Origin: an uncultured Verrucomicrobiae bacterium
Lineage (GTDB): Bacteria > Verrucomicrobiota > Verrucomicrobiia > Opitutales > JABDGR01
Assembly: GCA_963765205.1 (NCBI GenBank)
Contig: CAVXVB010000005.1
Coordinates: 192,001-256,000, forward strand
Direction of reading: 5' to 3'
DNA: 64,000 nt
Shown: positions 9,552 to 19,309 of the stretch, piece by piece
How the letters are laid out: every line of letters starts with the position of its first letter
Position numbering within the stretch: position 1 is the stretch's first letter
Program-made: the position numbers and the translations under genes
Notes under the pieces: model-generated
The model's input: only the letters and a program-made list of their open reading frames with translations
The model's database searches: none
Told to the model about the DNA's origin: nothing

Positions 9552-11477
9552 CTAATTTGACGACGATACCGTCTGGATCGTCTTGAGCAAGTCCGTGCGC
9601 TGCTGGTTGGTCAGCGGGGCGGATTGCACGGCGCTGGCGGCGGCGGCGGGATCCTTCTTGGCCCATTGGTTCACGACGTTGTTCAACTGGTTCTGCTGCG
9701 TCGTCACGTCGTTGATCGAGGCCGCCCACGCGAACGAGGTTGCGAGGTTGTTTTGCCCTTCCGCAGAAATGATCGAGACCACCGCGCCATCCCGTGCCGA
9801 CCCCAGTGGCAGGGTGTTCACCCATTGCGAAGCGGCGGCGGGATTTTGTTGCACCCAGTTGGCCGCGACCTCCGCGGTGGCATCGTCCAGCGCCAGGCCG
9901 GCGGGCAGCGTGCCCAGCAGCGTCGCGGCCTGGGCGGGGTCCTGCGCGCTCCAAGTCGCCACCACGGTGCCCATCGCCTTGTCCCGGCTGCTGCCGTCGG
10001 GCAATTGCTGGGCCGAAGCCCACGCGGCTTGCGGATCCGTCACAGAGATGTTGCTAAAAACCGTCGCCAGCGAATCGGCCTGCGCCTGGCCAGGGGGCAG
10101 CGCCTCGGCCCACGTCAGCGCCGCCTGCGGATCGGGGCCGACCCAGTGGCCCACCATTTGTTCCGCCACGTAGTTGAAGTCGGGATCGCTTTGAAAATTT
10201 TGCATGATATAGACTGAAGCCGCCTGCGGGTCGGTATTGTCCCAGGTCCGCATCACATTCCGCAACGCATCAATGCGCGTCTGCCCTTCGGAAGTGGGCA
10301 GCGCCTGCACCCACGCCAGCGCGCCGGGGAGGTCGGTCTGCGCCCACGCCGAAGCCAGTTGGGTGATCGCGCCGTCGCGCGTCGAGGCATTGGGCATTTG
10401 CGCGATAAAGGTGGCCGCATCCGTGGGATCCGTGGTGTCCATTTGCGCGAGGACGCCCTGCACCGCTTGGTCGTATGTTGTCCCGGTGGCGATATTGCCC
10501 ACCCACGCCAGCGCGGCCGCCGGGTCTTGCTGCGACCAATTCGCGGCGATTTGCGTGATGCTGCTGTTGCGGTCCGCGCCCAAGGGCATCGCGGCGGCCA
10601 AATTGGCGGCGCTCGCCGGGTCGGATTGGGACAAAATATTCAAAACCGGCCCCAAGGCGCTGTCGCGCGTGGCGCCCGCCGGCAAACTGTTCACGAACGC
10701 AAGCGCGGCCTGCGGGTCTTGTTGTGCCCACATCGCCGACAGGCTGCCCAGCGCCGTCAGGCGCGCCGCGCTCGCGGGCAAATTCAACGCCGCCGCCGAC
10801 GCCCCCGCCGGGTCCTCCGCCGCCCAGTAACGGAAGATCGAAGAGAGACCGTTGACCGATTGCTCGCCGGCCGGCTTCTGATTGAACAAGTCTAGCGCCC
10901 CCTGGGGGTTGGTCAGGCTGATCAATCCGAGCAGATTATTTTCAATGTCCGCCTGTAGGCTGGAATTGCCGATTTGCGCAAGTCCGGCGATGGCCGCCCC
11001 CGGATCATTGGCCGACCACGCCTGAAACAACGTGCCAAAATCATTTCGGCGGTCGTCCGGGTTGTCGTTGGATTTGACCCAGGCGGATGCGTCCGCCGGA
11101 TTCTCGTCGGCCCAGCGCGCCAGGAGCAAGGCCCGCACCGTGTTGGTCGCGGTGGTGTGAAGCATTTTCTTCACCGCGTCCAGCGCGCCGGCCATTTCAC
11201 CGGGCTTGAGGCTGTCCACGTAGCGTAGCGCGTCGCGCGCAATGTCCAGCGGGCTGCGGGCGCCGGCCTTGAACATTTCCGCCAGCGTGCCGACCGGGCC
11301 GGGCGCGTCGGCGCGATCGACCACCACCATCCGCGCCTCCAACCTGGCATTGGATTGGTGGATCGCCGCCGCCTGTTCCTGTAACCGCGCGAGTTCCCGC
11401 TGCTGGGAAATCATCGCCAGCATCCCCGCCAGAAAAAATACCACGGCGGCCAGGAAAATTTTGATTTTTCCGGTCAT
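9552..11477 (-). CDS. Membrane-anchored alpha-solenoid repeat protein, paralogue B
   Basis: Colinear with the 7594-9516 product over its full length, including the shared stretch DVTTQQNQLNNVVNQWAKKD. Confidence 0.88.
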   Translation of the reverse strand: MTGKIKIFLAAVVFFLAGMLAMISQQRELARLQEQAAAIHQSNARLEARMVVVDRADAPGPVGTLAEMFKAGARSPLDIARDALRYVDSLKPGEMAGALDAVKKMLHTTATNTVRALLLARWADENPADASAWVKSNDNPDDRRNDFGTLFQAWSANDPGAAIAGLAQIGNSSLQADIENNLLGLISLTNPQGALDLFNQKPAGEQSVNGLSSIFRYWAAEDPAGASAAALNLPASAARLTALGSLSAMWAQQDPQAALAFVNSLPAGATRDSALGPVLNILSQSDPASAANLAAAMPLGADRNSSITQIAANWSQQDPAAALAWVGNIATGTTYDQAVQGVLAQMDTTDPTDAATFIAQMPNASTRDGAITQLASAWAQTDLPGALAWVQALPTSEGQTRIDALRNVMRTWDNTDPQAASVYIMQNFQSDPDFNYVAEQMVGHWVGPDPQAALTWAEALPPGQAQADSLATVFSNISVTDPQAAWASAQQLPDGSSRDKAMGTVVATWSAQDPAQAATLLGTLPAGLALDDATAEVAANWVQQNPAAASQWVNTLPLGSARDGAVVSIISAEGQNNLATSFAWAASINDVTTQQNQLNNVVNQWAKKDPAAAASAVQSAPLTNQQRTDLLKTIQTVSSSN

Positions 11478-11677
11478 GCAAGAATGACCGTATAATAGAT
11501 AATACGGCAATTCGCCTGCAAGGTTACAATTGCGAACGGAAAAGGTGACGGATTGGCCCGTCGCCGCCCGCAGCGCGGGCTTTTAATTGGACCGCGGATT
11601 ATTCCGTAAAAATTTCCTTTGCACCGCGCGCGTTCCTCGGTTAACGCATCAGGTGCTCGCAAAAAGCAGCAGCAGCA

Positions 11678-13642
11678 GTGGCACTCAAAATTCACACATC
11701 GGCTCCGTGGACCTTGCGCGACGCGGAGGATTACTACGGCATCAAACGCTGGGGCGGCAACCATTTCTCGATTGACGAGAAGGGCGGCCTCTGCGTTCAC
11801 CCCGCCGCCGACCACCGCAAAATCCGCCTGCTCGACATCGTCAACGAGGCCGCCTCGATGGGCCTCCAGCCGCCGCTCACCATCCGCGTGCAGGACTTGC
11901 TGCGCTTCCGCGTCGTGCAATTGAACGAGGCGTTCCGCGCCGCCATCCAGCAGGAGGAATACAGCGGCGCCTACCGCGGCGTGTTCCCGATCAAGGTCAA
12001 CCAACTGCGCGAAGTGGTCGAGGAAATCCTCGACGCCGGCGAGGAATACGGCTTCGGCCTCGAGGCCGGCAGCAAGCCGGAACTGCTCATCGCGCTCGCC
12101 GCGCTCGACCGCAAGCAGGCGCTCCTGATCTGCAACGGCTACAAGGACGCCGAATACATCCGCCTCGCGCTGCTCGGGCGCAAGCTGGGCAAGAACATCA
12201 TCATCGTGGTCGAGCAGCTTTCGGAAATTGACGACATCCTCATGCTCGCCAAGGAAACCGGCGTCGAGCCGCGCCTCGGCCTGCGCATCAAGTTGCGCAC
12301 CACCGGTGAGGGCAAATGGGCCACCTCCTCCGGCGAGGACGCCAAATTCGGCCTCACCACCAGCGAGGTCATGCTCGCCGTGCGCAAGCTCAAGAAGGCC
12401 GGCTTGGAAAACATCCTCCAGCTCGTCCACTTCCATATCGGCTCGCAGGTGCCGAACATCCTCACTATCAAAAAGGCCGTCATCGAGGCCACGCGCTTCT
12501 ACGTCGAGCTGTGCAAGCTCGGCTTCAACATGCGCTTTCTCGATGTCGGCGGCGGCCTTGGCGTGGACTACGACGGCAGCCGCGCCAACTACGAGTCCTC
12601 GATGAATTATTCCCTCGAGGAATACGCGCGCGACGTGGTCTCCAACATCAAGAGCGTGTGCGACAGCGCCGGCGTGCCCGTGCCCGACATCGTCAGCGAA
12701 AGCGGCCGCGCCCTCGTCGCCCCGCACTCGATTTTGATCCTCGACGTGTTCGACCGCATTTCGAAAAACGTGCCCTTCACCCCGCTCAGCGGCAAAAAGG
12801 GCAAACGCCAAAAGCACGAGGTCATCACCGCGCTCGAGCATATCCTCGACGACAGCGACCAGCACGGCAAACTCGAGCGCTTCCACGACGCCCAGCAGAA
12901 AAAAGAGGAGGCGCAAACGTTGTTTACCCTCGGCTTCCTCGACTTGGAAACCCGCGCCGAAGCCGAAAACCTCTTTTGGCGAATTTGCGCCGACATCCGC
13001 GAGAAAAGCGCCGCCGCCCGCGGCTACGTCCCCGACGAGCTGGCCCAGCTCAACACCATGCTCGCCGAGCAATACGTCTGCAATTTCTCCGTTTTTCAAT
13101 CGCTCGTGGACCATTGGGCGCTCGACCAGTTGTTCCCCATCATGCCCATCCACCGCCTCGACGAAAAGCCCACCGTCGAAGCCGTCCTCGCCGACATCAC
13201 CTGCGACTCCGACGGCAAAGTCTCGCGCTTCATTGATTTGGAGGACGTGCGCGGCACCCTCGCGCTGCACCCCTTGCAGCCCAACAAGCCCTACTACCTC
13301 GGCGTCTTCCTCGTCGGCGCCTACCAGGACATCATGGGCGACCTGCACAACCTCTTCGGCCGCGTCAACGAAGTCCACGTCTTCCTCGAAGAAGACGAGG
13401 ACGATGGCTTCTACATCGAGGAATCCATCAACGGCGCGCGCGTGGACAAGATTCTGGAAATGATCCAGTGGGACGGCGAGGAACTCGCGCGCCTGATGAA
13501 AAAGCAAATTGACCGCGCGACCAAGGCCGACGAAGTCCGCCCCCGCGAAGGCGTCCGCATGTTGGAAATGTATGAGGAGTTCCTCCGCGGCAAAACCTAC
13601 CTCAAGCCCCGCGAAAAGGCCAAGCCGCGGAAAAGAAAATAA
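11678..13642 (+). CDS. speA: Biosynthetic arginine decarboxylase
   Basis: GVFPIKVNQ, GLEAGSKPEL, HFHIGSQ, DVGGGLGVDYDG, DITCDSDG, GAYQDIMGDLHNLFG. Confidence 0.97.
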   Translation: MALKIHTSAPWTLRDAEDYYGIKRWGGNHFSIDEKGGLCVHPAADHRKIRLLDIVNEAASMGLQPPLTIRVQDLLRFRVVQLNEAFRAAIQQEEYSGAYRGVFPIKVNQLREVVEEILDAGEEYGFGLEAGSKPELLIALAALDRKQALLICNGYKDAEYIRLALLGRKLGKNIIIVVEQLSEIDDILMLAKETGVEPRLGLRIKLRTTGEGKWATSSGEDAKFGLTTSEVMLAVRKLKKAGLENILQLVHFHIGSQVPNILTIKKAVIEATRFYVELCKLGFNMRFLDVGGGLGVDYDGSRANYESSMNYSLEEYARDVVSNIKSVCDSAGVPVPDIVSESGRALVAPHSILILDVFDRISKNVPFTPLSGKKGKRQKHEVITALEHILDDSDQHGKLERFHDAQQKKEEAQTLFTLGFLDLETRAEAENLFWRICADIREKSAAARGYVPDELAQLNTMLAEQYVCNFSVFQSLVDHWALDQLFPIMPIHRLDEKPTVEAVLADITCDSDGKVSRFIDLEDVRGTLALHPLQPNKPYYLGVFLVGAYQDIMGDLHNLFGRVNEVHVFLEEDEDDGFYIEESINGARVDKILEMIQWDGEELARLMKKQIDRATKADEVRPREGVRMLEMYEEFLRGKTYLKPREKAKPRKRK

Positions 13643-13654
13643 GATCGAAACCGT

Positions 13655-13691
13655 CTCCGTGTTCTCCGTGTCCTCCGTGTCCTCCGTGGTT
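13655..13691. repeat. Four 9-bp units CTCCGTG(T/G)nn (single arm) between convergent genes
   Basis: ctccgtgtt ctccgtgtc ctccgtgtc ctccgtggt. Confidence 0.85.
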
Positions 13692-14215
13692 CAATCCCCA
13701 TCCGTATTCGCCAGCAGCCACAGCGCATCCGACAAACGATTAAGATACTGCAAAACCAAATCCGGCAAGAGCGCGCCGGTCGCGCGCAGGGCCACGGCCT
13801 CGCGCTCCGCCCGGCGGCACACGGCGCGCGCGAGGTGTAGATGCGCGTGGTGTGCGCTCTCGCCCGGCGTGTCCCAGCCGCGCGCCGGGGTCTTGCGCGC
13901 TTCCAATGTGGCGACCAACTCATCGAGCCGCGCTAAGTCCTCCGCCTGCAAGCGTTGTAATTTTGAGGCTAGCAAACGTGGCCGATCCTCATCAACTGTG
14001 GCCAACTCCGCCATCAGGCCGACCAGGCATTTTTGCTCGGCGAACAAAATCGCGGCGACGCCCACGTCGCCCGCCGAGGCGCGCGCCAGGCCCAGCGCGG
14101 CGCTCAATTCGTCCACCGCGCCGCCCGCCGCGACGCGCGGGTGGTTCTTCGGCACGCGCCGGTTGAACATCAGCGCGGTCGTGCCATCGTCGCCGGTGCG
14201 GGTTGCAATCGTCAT
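13691..14215 (-). CDS. PduO-type ATP:cob(I)alamin adenosyltransferase
   Basis: IATRTGDDGTT, GAVDELSAALG, LHLARAVCRRAER, YLNRLSDALW. Confidence 0.93.
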   Translation of the reverse strand: MTIATRTGDDGTTALMFNRRVPKNHPRVAAGGAVDELSAALGLARASAGDVGVAAILFAEQKCLVGLMAELATVDEDRPRLLASKLQRLQAEDLARLDELVATLEARKTPARGWDTPGESAHHAHLHLARAVCRRAEREAVALRATGALLPDLVLQYLNRLSDALWLLANTDGD

Positions 14216-14352
14216 GGAGGCAAGGATAGGACTCTCCCCGCCCGACACGAGAATAATGCTCCAGGCCACCGGCCCAACCGTGCCGGAGAGGGAACCCCCA
14301 AGCCCCAAAATCCGATCCCGCCGACCCCGATCAAGGCGGAGCCATACCGGGG

Positions 14353-14608
14353 GCGCATCTCAATTTTTGGACAGTGACTTTGCCTCGCGGAGCGAGGCTT
14401 CGAGCATAGCCGTGGACTTTAGTCCACGGAAACTGGTGGGCTGCTCTCGGCGTCGCGTCGCGACGCTTGAAGGAGGCGCGTCAGCGCAGGGGAGCCACCT
14501 CAAGCGTCGCTACGCGACGCACTGCGGATGACATTCCGCTTCCGTGGACTGAAGTCCACGGCTAAGTTCGAGTCATCACTCCGTGACTGCACAAAAACTG
14601 AGATGCGC
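14353..14608. mobile_element. MITE-like nested-palindrome element with terminal inverted repeats
   Basis: 23-bp TIRs at 14353-14375 and 14586-14608 (20/23 match) enclose mirrored hairpins, including TAGCCGTGGACTTTAGTCCACGG and CCGTGGACTGAAGTCCACGGCTA. Confidence 0.75.
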
Positions 14609-14780
14609 TCCAGTGCCGACGCCCCCAATAAATCCCGTTGCCCAGCACGCCCTACCGGCCCATTTTTTCTCACAAGATGCATGCAATGCTGCCCATGACT
14701 GGAAGTTGCCTGAATCTCCTGCTACTGCTCCGATGCATCCTTTTACTGCCTCCGGTTCGAAGTCTAAACGCTGGCAAAGG

Positions 14781-15440
14781 CTAAGAAAATCTTCCCTTTA
14801 GAATCGAATTAACGGCGTTGCATATCTGTGGAACAAAAATTCCGTTTTCATCTTTCGAGCTGGTTTCGCCGATCACAACCATTTTTCCTGTTGGTGGATA
14901 AGGGTACGATATCGTAAAAACGCCCGTCGTCATGGAAGTATCAAGTAATAACGTTTTCCATAACGGCGATGGCTTCACGCCTCTATAAAACCCAGGATGA
15001 TAATGCCATTCGGCACGCTTTACTGAACCAAACGCGCCAGCATAGCTAATGCCCTCTGAGTCGAGCGAAAACGAACCAATGCGGATTATGTTGCCCGGTG
15101 TGAGTATTTGCTTAACGAGACGTTCCAGTAATACAGGCCCGATGCGATTGAGGATTTGTTCGACAATTTGATTGTAGTTGAACTTAAAGGAATTGCCTAT
15201 TAAGAGCACGTTGAAGGCACGTATCACAATCACTATTTTCCTGCCGTCGTAGCCCCTAATCATAATCTTGCTCGTTTTCTTGTCAGCCATAATCGTCTGT
15301 GTGCCGTAAGTGTAGAAGCTCACCCCAGCAACATCGTTGTAAGGTATTCTTACCCCGTCGTACTCAATAGACGTGTTGTCAAAACATACGGCGTCTTTTG
15401 AGTTCGGCTTTAAGGGTATTTGTAAAGCAGTTTGAGACAT
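14781..15440 (-). CDS. Hypothetical protein in AT-rich islet
   Basis: 219-aa ORF in visibly AT-rich DNA, where chance long ORFs are unlikely; no motif recognised. Confidence 0.7.
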   Translation of the reverse strand: MSQTALQIPLKPNSKDAVCFDNTSIEYDGVRIPYNDVAGVSFYTYGTQTIMADKKTSKIMIRGYDGRKIVIVIRAFNVLLIGNSFKFNYNQIVEQILNRIGPVLLERLVKQILTPGNIIRIGSFSLDSEGISYAGAFGSVKRAEWHYHPGFYRGVKPSPLWKTLLLDTSMTTGVFTISYPYPPTGKMVVIGETSSKDENGIFVPQICNAVNSILKGRFS

Positions 15441-15518
15441 ATTGAAATTCAAATGTAATGAATTCTGGGCATCAAAATAGTATTTGACGAAACATAAAAT
15501 ACAAGTGAAAAGGCCATT

Positions 15519-16271
15519 ATGAGTTACACAAAACAAGAGCTTTCATGCATTATTGATTATGCCAATCGCTCATTCCGTCAGATTGCTGACGGAGACTATA
15601 TTGCAGCCAGATTCTGTCATAGACTGGGATTAGAGCAGCAATTTCTTTGGTCGGCTTTGCAAGCCGTTGAGAAATACATCAAAGGTATCCTGCTGTTTAA
15701 TTTTCGATCTACAAAGAATTACGGACACGATGCTAAAAGGGCTTACGACGCTCTATTTCAAATACCAGACATAAATTTCAAACTTTCGAAGGAAATCGGG
15801 CAATTTGTTCAATATTTAACGAACCAGGGTGCCAACCGCTATTTTACTCATCCGTACCATACTCGAATAGATGATTTACTCATGCTCGACACAACCGTCT
15901 GGTGTCTTCGGCGTTATTGTCAGTTCATACGACATAAGCCAGTGATTATCAATGGCAAGAAAGAGGATATCTTTCAGTTCAATTTAGACATGATACATCA
16001 TTCAAAATACGTTCACCATCCCAACACATTTGTGATATTTGGCGGCTATCTGGAAAGAATAATTGAAAGACCCGATTCGCAATTACGAAAAGCGCTAACA
16101 TGGCGGAATTTATATTACGGGAGATACAGAAAGAAATCCTTGAAAAGATTTACACTCCGATCTTCATCTGGCACCCCAACGCACTTCCTACATCCAGACT
16201 GTTTTAGCGTCTTAGAAGAATTTGTGAAATTTGAGCCTAACGTGCAAGGTTGCTTTCAAAAGAAAAAGTAA
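15519..16271 (+). CDS. HEPN-domain protein
   Basis: ADGDYIAAR...QAVEKYIKGILL...YGHD...NRYFTHPYH pattern typical of HEPN; AT-rich. Confidence 0.72.
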   Translation: MSYTKQELSCIIDYANRSFRQIADGDYIAARFCHRLGLEQQFLWSALQAVEKYIKGILLFNFRSTKNYGHDAKRAYDALFQIPDINFKLSKEIGQFVQYLTNQGANRYFTHPYHTRIDDLLMLDTTVWCLRRYCQFIRHKPVIINGKKEDIFQFNLDMIHHSKYVHHPNTFVIFGGYLERIIERPDSQLRKALTWRNLYYGRYRKKSLKRFTLRSSSGTPTHFLHPDCFSVLEEFVKFEPNVQGCFQKKK

Positions 16272-16390
16272 GCGGGACACGAGAATCTTATTTGCCCGTC
16301 ACCTCTTAAAACTGGATCATAAGTGGCTTCACCTCCCGCGTCCCGACCTCGGCACCCCAAGAAAGCGATTTCCGTTCAGTTCCGTTTCCC

Positions 16391-16918
16391 ATGAACAAAT
16401 TGCTCAAAGTTGTTTTAGTGATCACGGGCTATCTCGGAGCCTTCCTGGCCGCCGGAATCACATTTGCTTTTTGCCAAGCCCGGGCCTCGGACGACCCGGC
16501 CGTTTACAACTCCGGCATGGCCGCCGGCGGGGACGGCATCCTGGTGCTCGCGGTTTTTGGCGCCGTCGCCCTGCTCCCCACCGCCCTGGCCCTTTATTTC
16601 CTGCGCTCCCATGAGAAATTCTGGAACGTGTTCTCCATCCTGGCCCTGGCCTTGGCCGCCACCGGACCCTTCGCAGAAGTCCTGGGCGCCTTGATTGCAA
16701 AGTTTCAGCTTGATCAGCAACCCCTCTGGGCCTTGCTTGGTTTTGTCAGTTTGCTGCGAGCCGGCGCGGCAATTTTATTAATCGCCGCCTTCCTCCTCTG
16801 CGCCCTCCTGGCCCCGCAAAAACCGGCCCGCCGGCGTTTTTTAATGGCGGCCGGCATTGAAGCGGTGGTCATTTTATATGTGGCCGTTAATTTTATGATT
16901 TCGAACCATTTTGCCTGA
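16391..16918 (+). CDS. Hypothetical integral membrane protein (about 5 TM)
   Basis: Successive hydrophobic segments. Confidence 0.8.
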   Translation: MNKLLKVVLVITGYLGAFLAAGITFAFCQARASDDPAVYNSGMAAGGDGILVLAVFGAVALLPTALALYFLRSHEKFWNVFSILALALAATGPFAEVLGALIAKFQLDQQPLWALLGFVSLLRAGAAILLIAAFLLCALLAPQKPARRRFLMAAGIEAVVILYVAVNFMISNHFA

Positions 16919-17037
16919 ATTGCCGGGTGAAGGTGCGGGATTCCCCCGCCTTCAAAAATGGTTTACCCTCCTCCTGGAAGCCCCGGCAACCCCCGGTAGT
17001 AGTATGGAGTATACTTTGGATTCAGGTATTCTGCTTT

Positions 17038-17255
17038 CGCCCTGAAGGGGCGAGGGAATTCAGCCCAGGGTTTCGCGCAGCGATACCCTGGGTATCAATA
17101 TAGCAAAACATTTTGCGCCCTGTATGGGCGCAAGAGCTGGAGCCCCATTCCTCCGCCCTTACAGGGCGGATATTTTTTCACCGGTCCGATACCCAGGGTT
17201 GCTCCGGCTGCTGCCGGAACTACCCTGGGCTTGGCTCCGGCGGCCTTTCAGGCCG
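17038..17255. repeat. Nested-palindrome element (mirrored three-hairpin arms)
   Basis: cgccctgaaggggcg / cccaggg...ccctggg / gcgccctgtatgggcgc, then mirrored cgcccttacagggcg / cccaggg...ccctggg / cggcctttcaggccg. Confidence 0.75.
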
Positions 17256-17309
17256 CAGAGACATTTTCAAAATATCCCACCGCCCAACCACCCTAAAAGC
17301 AACTTCTTG

Positions 17310-17627
17310 TCAGTTAAACGACCGCCCGCAGCCGCAGGTGTTGGCGGCGCGCGGGTTGCGCACCTCGAAGCCCTTGCCGTGCAGGCCGTCGTCAAAATGC
17401 ACCGAGGAGCCGTCTATGCGCGCGAGGCTGGCCGGGTCCACCAGGAAGGTGATGCCCTGCGATTCCTGGCGCGTGTCGTCCGCCTTCGGCTCGTCAAACG
17501 ACATGCCGTATTCCTGGCCGGAGCAACCGCCGGTCGCGACGAACAGGCGCAGCAGCTTGCCGGGGGCGCCGCTTTCGCGCTGCAAATCCAGGATGCGCCG
17601 GGCCGCGCTTTCAGTGAGGGAGATCAT
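17310..17627 (-). CDS. HesB/IscA/ErpA family A-type Fe-S carrier
   Basis: ISLTESAA, GGCSGQEY, C-terminal CGCGRSF. Confidence 0.95.
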   Translation of the reverse strand: MISLTESAARRILDLQRESGAPGKLLRLFVATGGCSGQEYGMSFDEPKADDTRQESQGITFLVDPASLARIDGSSVHFDDGLHGKGFEVRNPRAANTCGCGRSFN

Positions 17628-17687
17628 GCCGGACAATCTGCCAGCTTCCGGCAACTTTGTCAACCTGCAGTAGCTTGATCCAATCCA

Positions 17688-17777
17688 ACCACGGATGCCA
17701 CGGATAACACGGATTGAAGGATCGAAGCCCCACTTCTGTTAATGAAACGCATCCGTGCTATCCGTGGCATCCGTGGT
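17688..17777. repeat. 9-bp-unit hairpin, same family as 7504-7574
   Basis: 27-bp arms at 17688-17714 and 17751-17777 with 1 mismatch. Confidence 0.9.
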
Positions 17778-17912
17778 GATTGTAGGCTTTCGCTGAAACC
17801 ATTATCCGGAAGGGTGGGTTTAACCACCGGTATCCCTCTCGGTTAACCTTGCCTTCCTGACGCCATCCCCTAATGCTGAGGCTTGGGTCGTTTGCGCAAC
17901 ACCCCACGCAAA

Positions 17913-19244
17913 ATGAAGAATTCATCCCTGCTTCGCGCTGTCCAGTTGGCTTTCTGCCTGGCCATCCTAATCTTGGTCGTCCTTCCTAATTCGTGGGCGG
18001 ATGCCCTGCCGGGTCCGGGCCCTCTTCCAGCACCCCTGCCTCCCCCCCCACCACCTCCTCAGCCCCCTCCCCAGACGCCGCTCAATGCGGGCATCCGGGG
18101 AACGGGAGTTGGCGTTGCTCCCAATGCAGGTGTCCTAGGCGCCCGCCAGGGGCGGGGCAGCTTTGCAGTGGAGGTTCCCGCAGGCTATCATGGCGACACG
18201 GCGCAAAGCCGGATCGTCGCCTTGCAATACGCCTTGAAGACAAGTTTGGACGCGCTGCATCAAGCCCCCGCCGACCCGCAGGGCGGATTTATCGAGTCGG
18301 CGATTGCCGCCCTTGACCAAGCGCAGGCGGAAACCAACCAGGCCCTAGATTGGCTCAAAGCCCATCCCGAGAGCGACCCGCTCCCGGCCATTCCCACCCG
18401 CGCCGGGATGCCAGTGTTGGGTATCGCGTCTGGCCTCGGAGTCCGCGGCCGCGGGAATGTGGGAACCGCCTACCCAACCGTGTCCACCGCCGCTCTCGCC
18501 TTGGGCACGGCCCTCGGCAATTTTATTGACGGCCCCTATCCGGGCACCAGCGCCGTCATCGGAGATTTGGGTGGCAGCCGCGACCAAATCATGAGAAGTA
18601 TCGGCCAAGCCGGCGCTAACCTCAATGCGGGCCTGAGTGCCCTGGCCCGCGCCATGAACCCCCCGGGTGTCCGTCGCGGCGCGCGTGGAGCCCCGGCGGC
18701 GGTAAATTCCGCGAACGGACAGACCAGTCTGCCTGCGCCACCTACAGCGGTGTCTGCGGTGCCGAATCCAGCCGTTGCTGGGGGGTCAGCGCTGGTACCG
18801 CCCGCACCGCCCCCGGTGCCTGCTCCGCCCGCCCCGTCGCCAGCGCCCACGGCGCCCGTTGTGACCATTCCCTTTCATTTTGTCGTCCCGGTGACTAGTG
18901 CTTCAGACGCCAAGCCCGGATCAATCTCCGGAACGGTGGCGGATACCGACGGTCTCGCCGCCAACGCGCTCATCACCCTCCAGCATTTGGATAATGCCCA
19001 GAGTTTGCCCCCGGGGGGGGGCCGTGGGCCGGCTGGGCTTGCTGGGAATGTTTCCCCGGCGCTCCCGGTCACCATCACCGACGAAACCGGAGCGTTCACC
19101 ATCAAAGACCTGCCCCCTGGATTCTACAGCATTTCCGCCACGCGCTCGTTCGGCGGCGGTTACGGCCAATCCAGTGCGAGAATGAACATCGAGGTGAAGG
19201 AAGGCGCGGATACCGCGCTGCCCGCGCCCATCCTGTTTAGATAG
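17913..19244 (+). CDS. Exported Pro-rich protein with helical domain and C-terminal carboxypeptidase-regulatory-like beta-sandwich
   Basis: Signal peptide ending SWA-DALPGP, poly-Pro linkers, GSISGTVAD...TDETGAFTIKDLPPGFYSISA. Confidence 0.82.
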   Translation: MKNSSLLRAVQLAFCLAILILVVLPNSWADALPGPGPLPAPLPPPPPPPQPPPQTPLNAGIRGTGVGVAPNAGVLGARQGRGSFAVEVPAGYHGDTAQSRIVALQYALKTSLDALHQAPADPQGGFIESAIAALDQAQAETNQALDWLKAHPESDPLPAIPTRAGMPVLGIASGLGVRGRGNVGTAYPTVSTAALALGTALGNFIDGPYPGTSAVIGDLGGSRDQIMRSIGQAGANLNAGLSALARAMNPPGVRRGARGAPAAVNSANGQTSLPAPPTAVSAVPNPAVAGGSALVPPAPPPVPAPPAPSPAPTAPVVTIPFHFVVPVTSASDAKPGSISGTVADTDGLAANALITLQHLDNAQSLPPGGGRGPAGLAGNVSPALPVTITDETGAFTIKDLPPGFYSISATRSFGGGYGQSSARMNIEVKEGADTALPAPILFR

Positions 19245-19309
19245 CGACCCATTTTTAACGCACTGCCAATCACAATTCAATTTCGTCCACGCTTGAACCC
19301 CACCCGCCT

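Noticed and set aside
7594..11477. Near-identical 3' ends of tandem paralogues (also 61919-63730) as DGR template/variable repeats
   Set aside because: Both copies are coding, the differences do not look adenine-specific, and no reverse transcriptase is present.
11474..13507. Long antisense and alternate-frame ORFs (also 1684-3099, 25650-27296, 35947-37575, 39221-41392, 47642-49357, 50937-53429)
   Set aside because: Shadow ORFs of well-supported genes in high-GC DNA; they contain no recognisable motifs.
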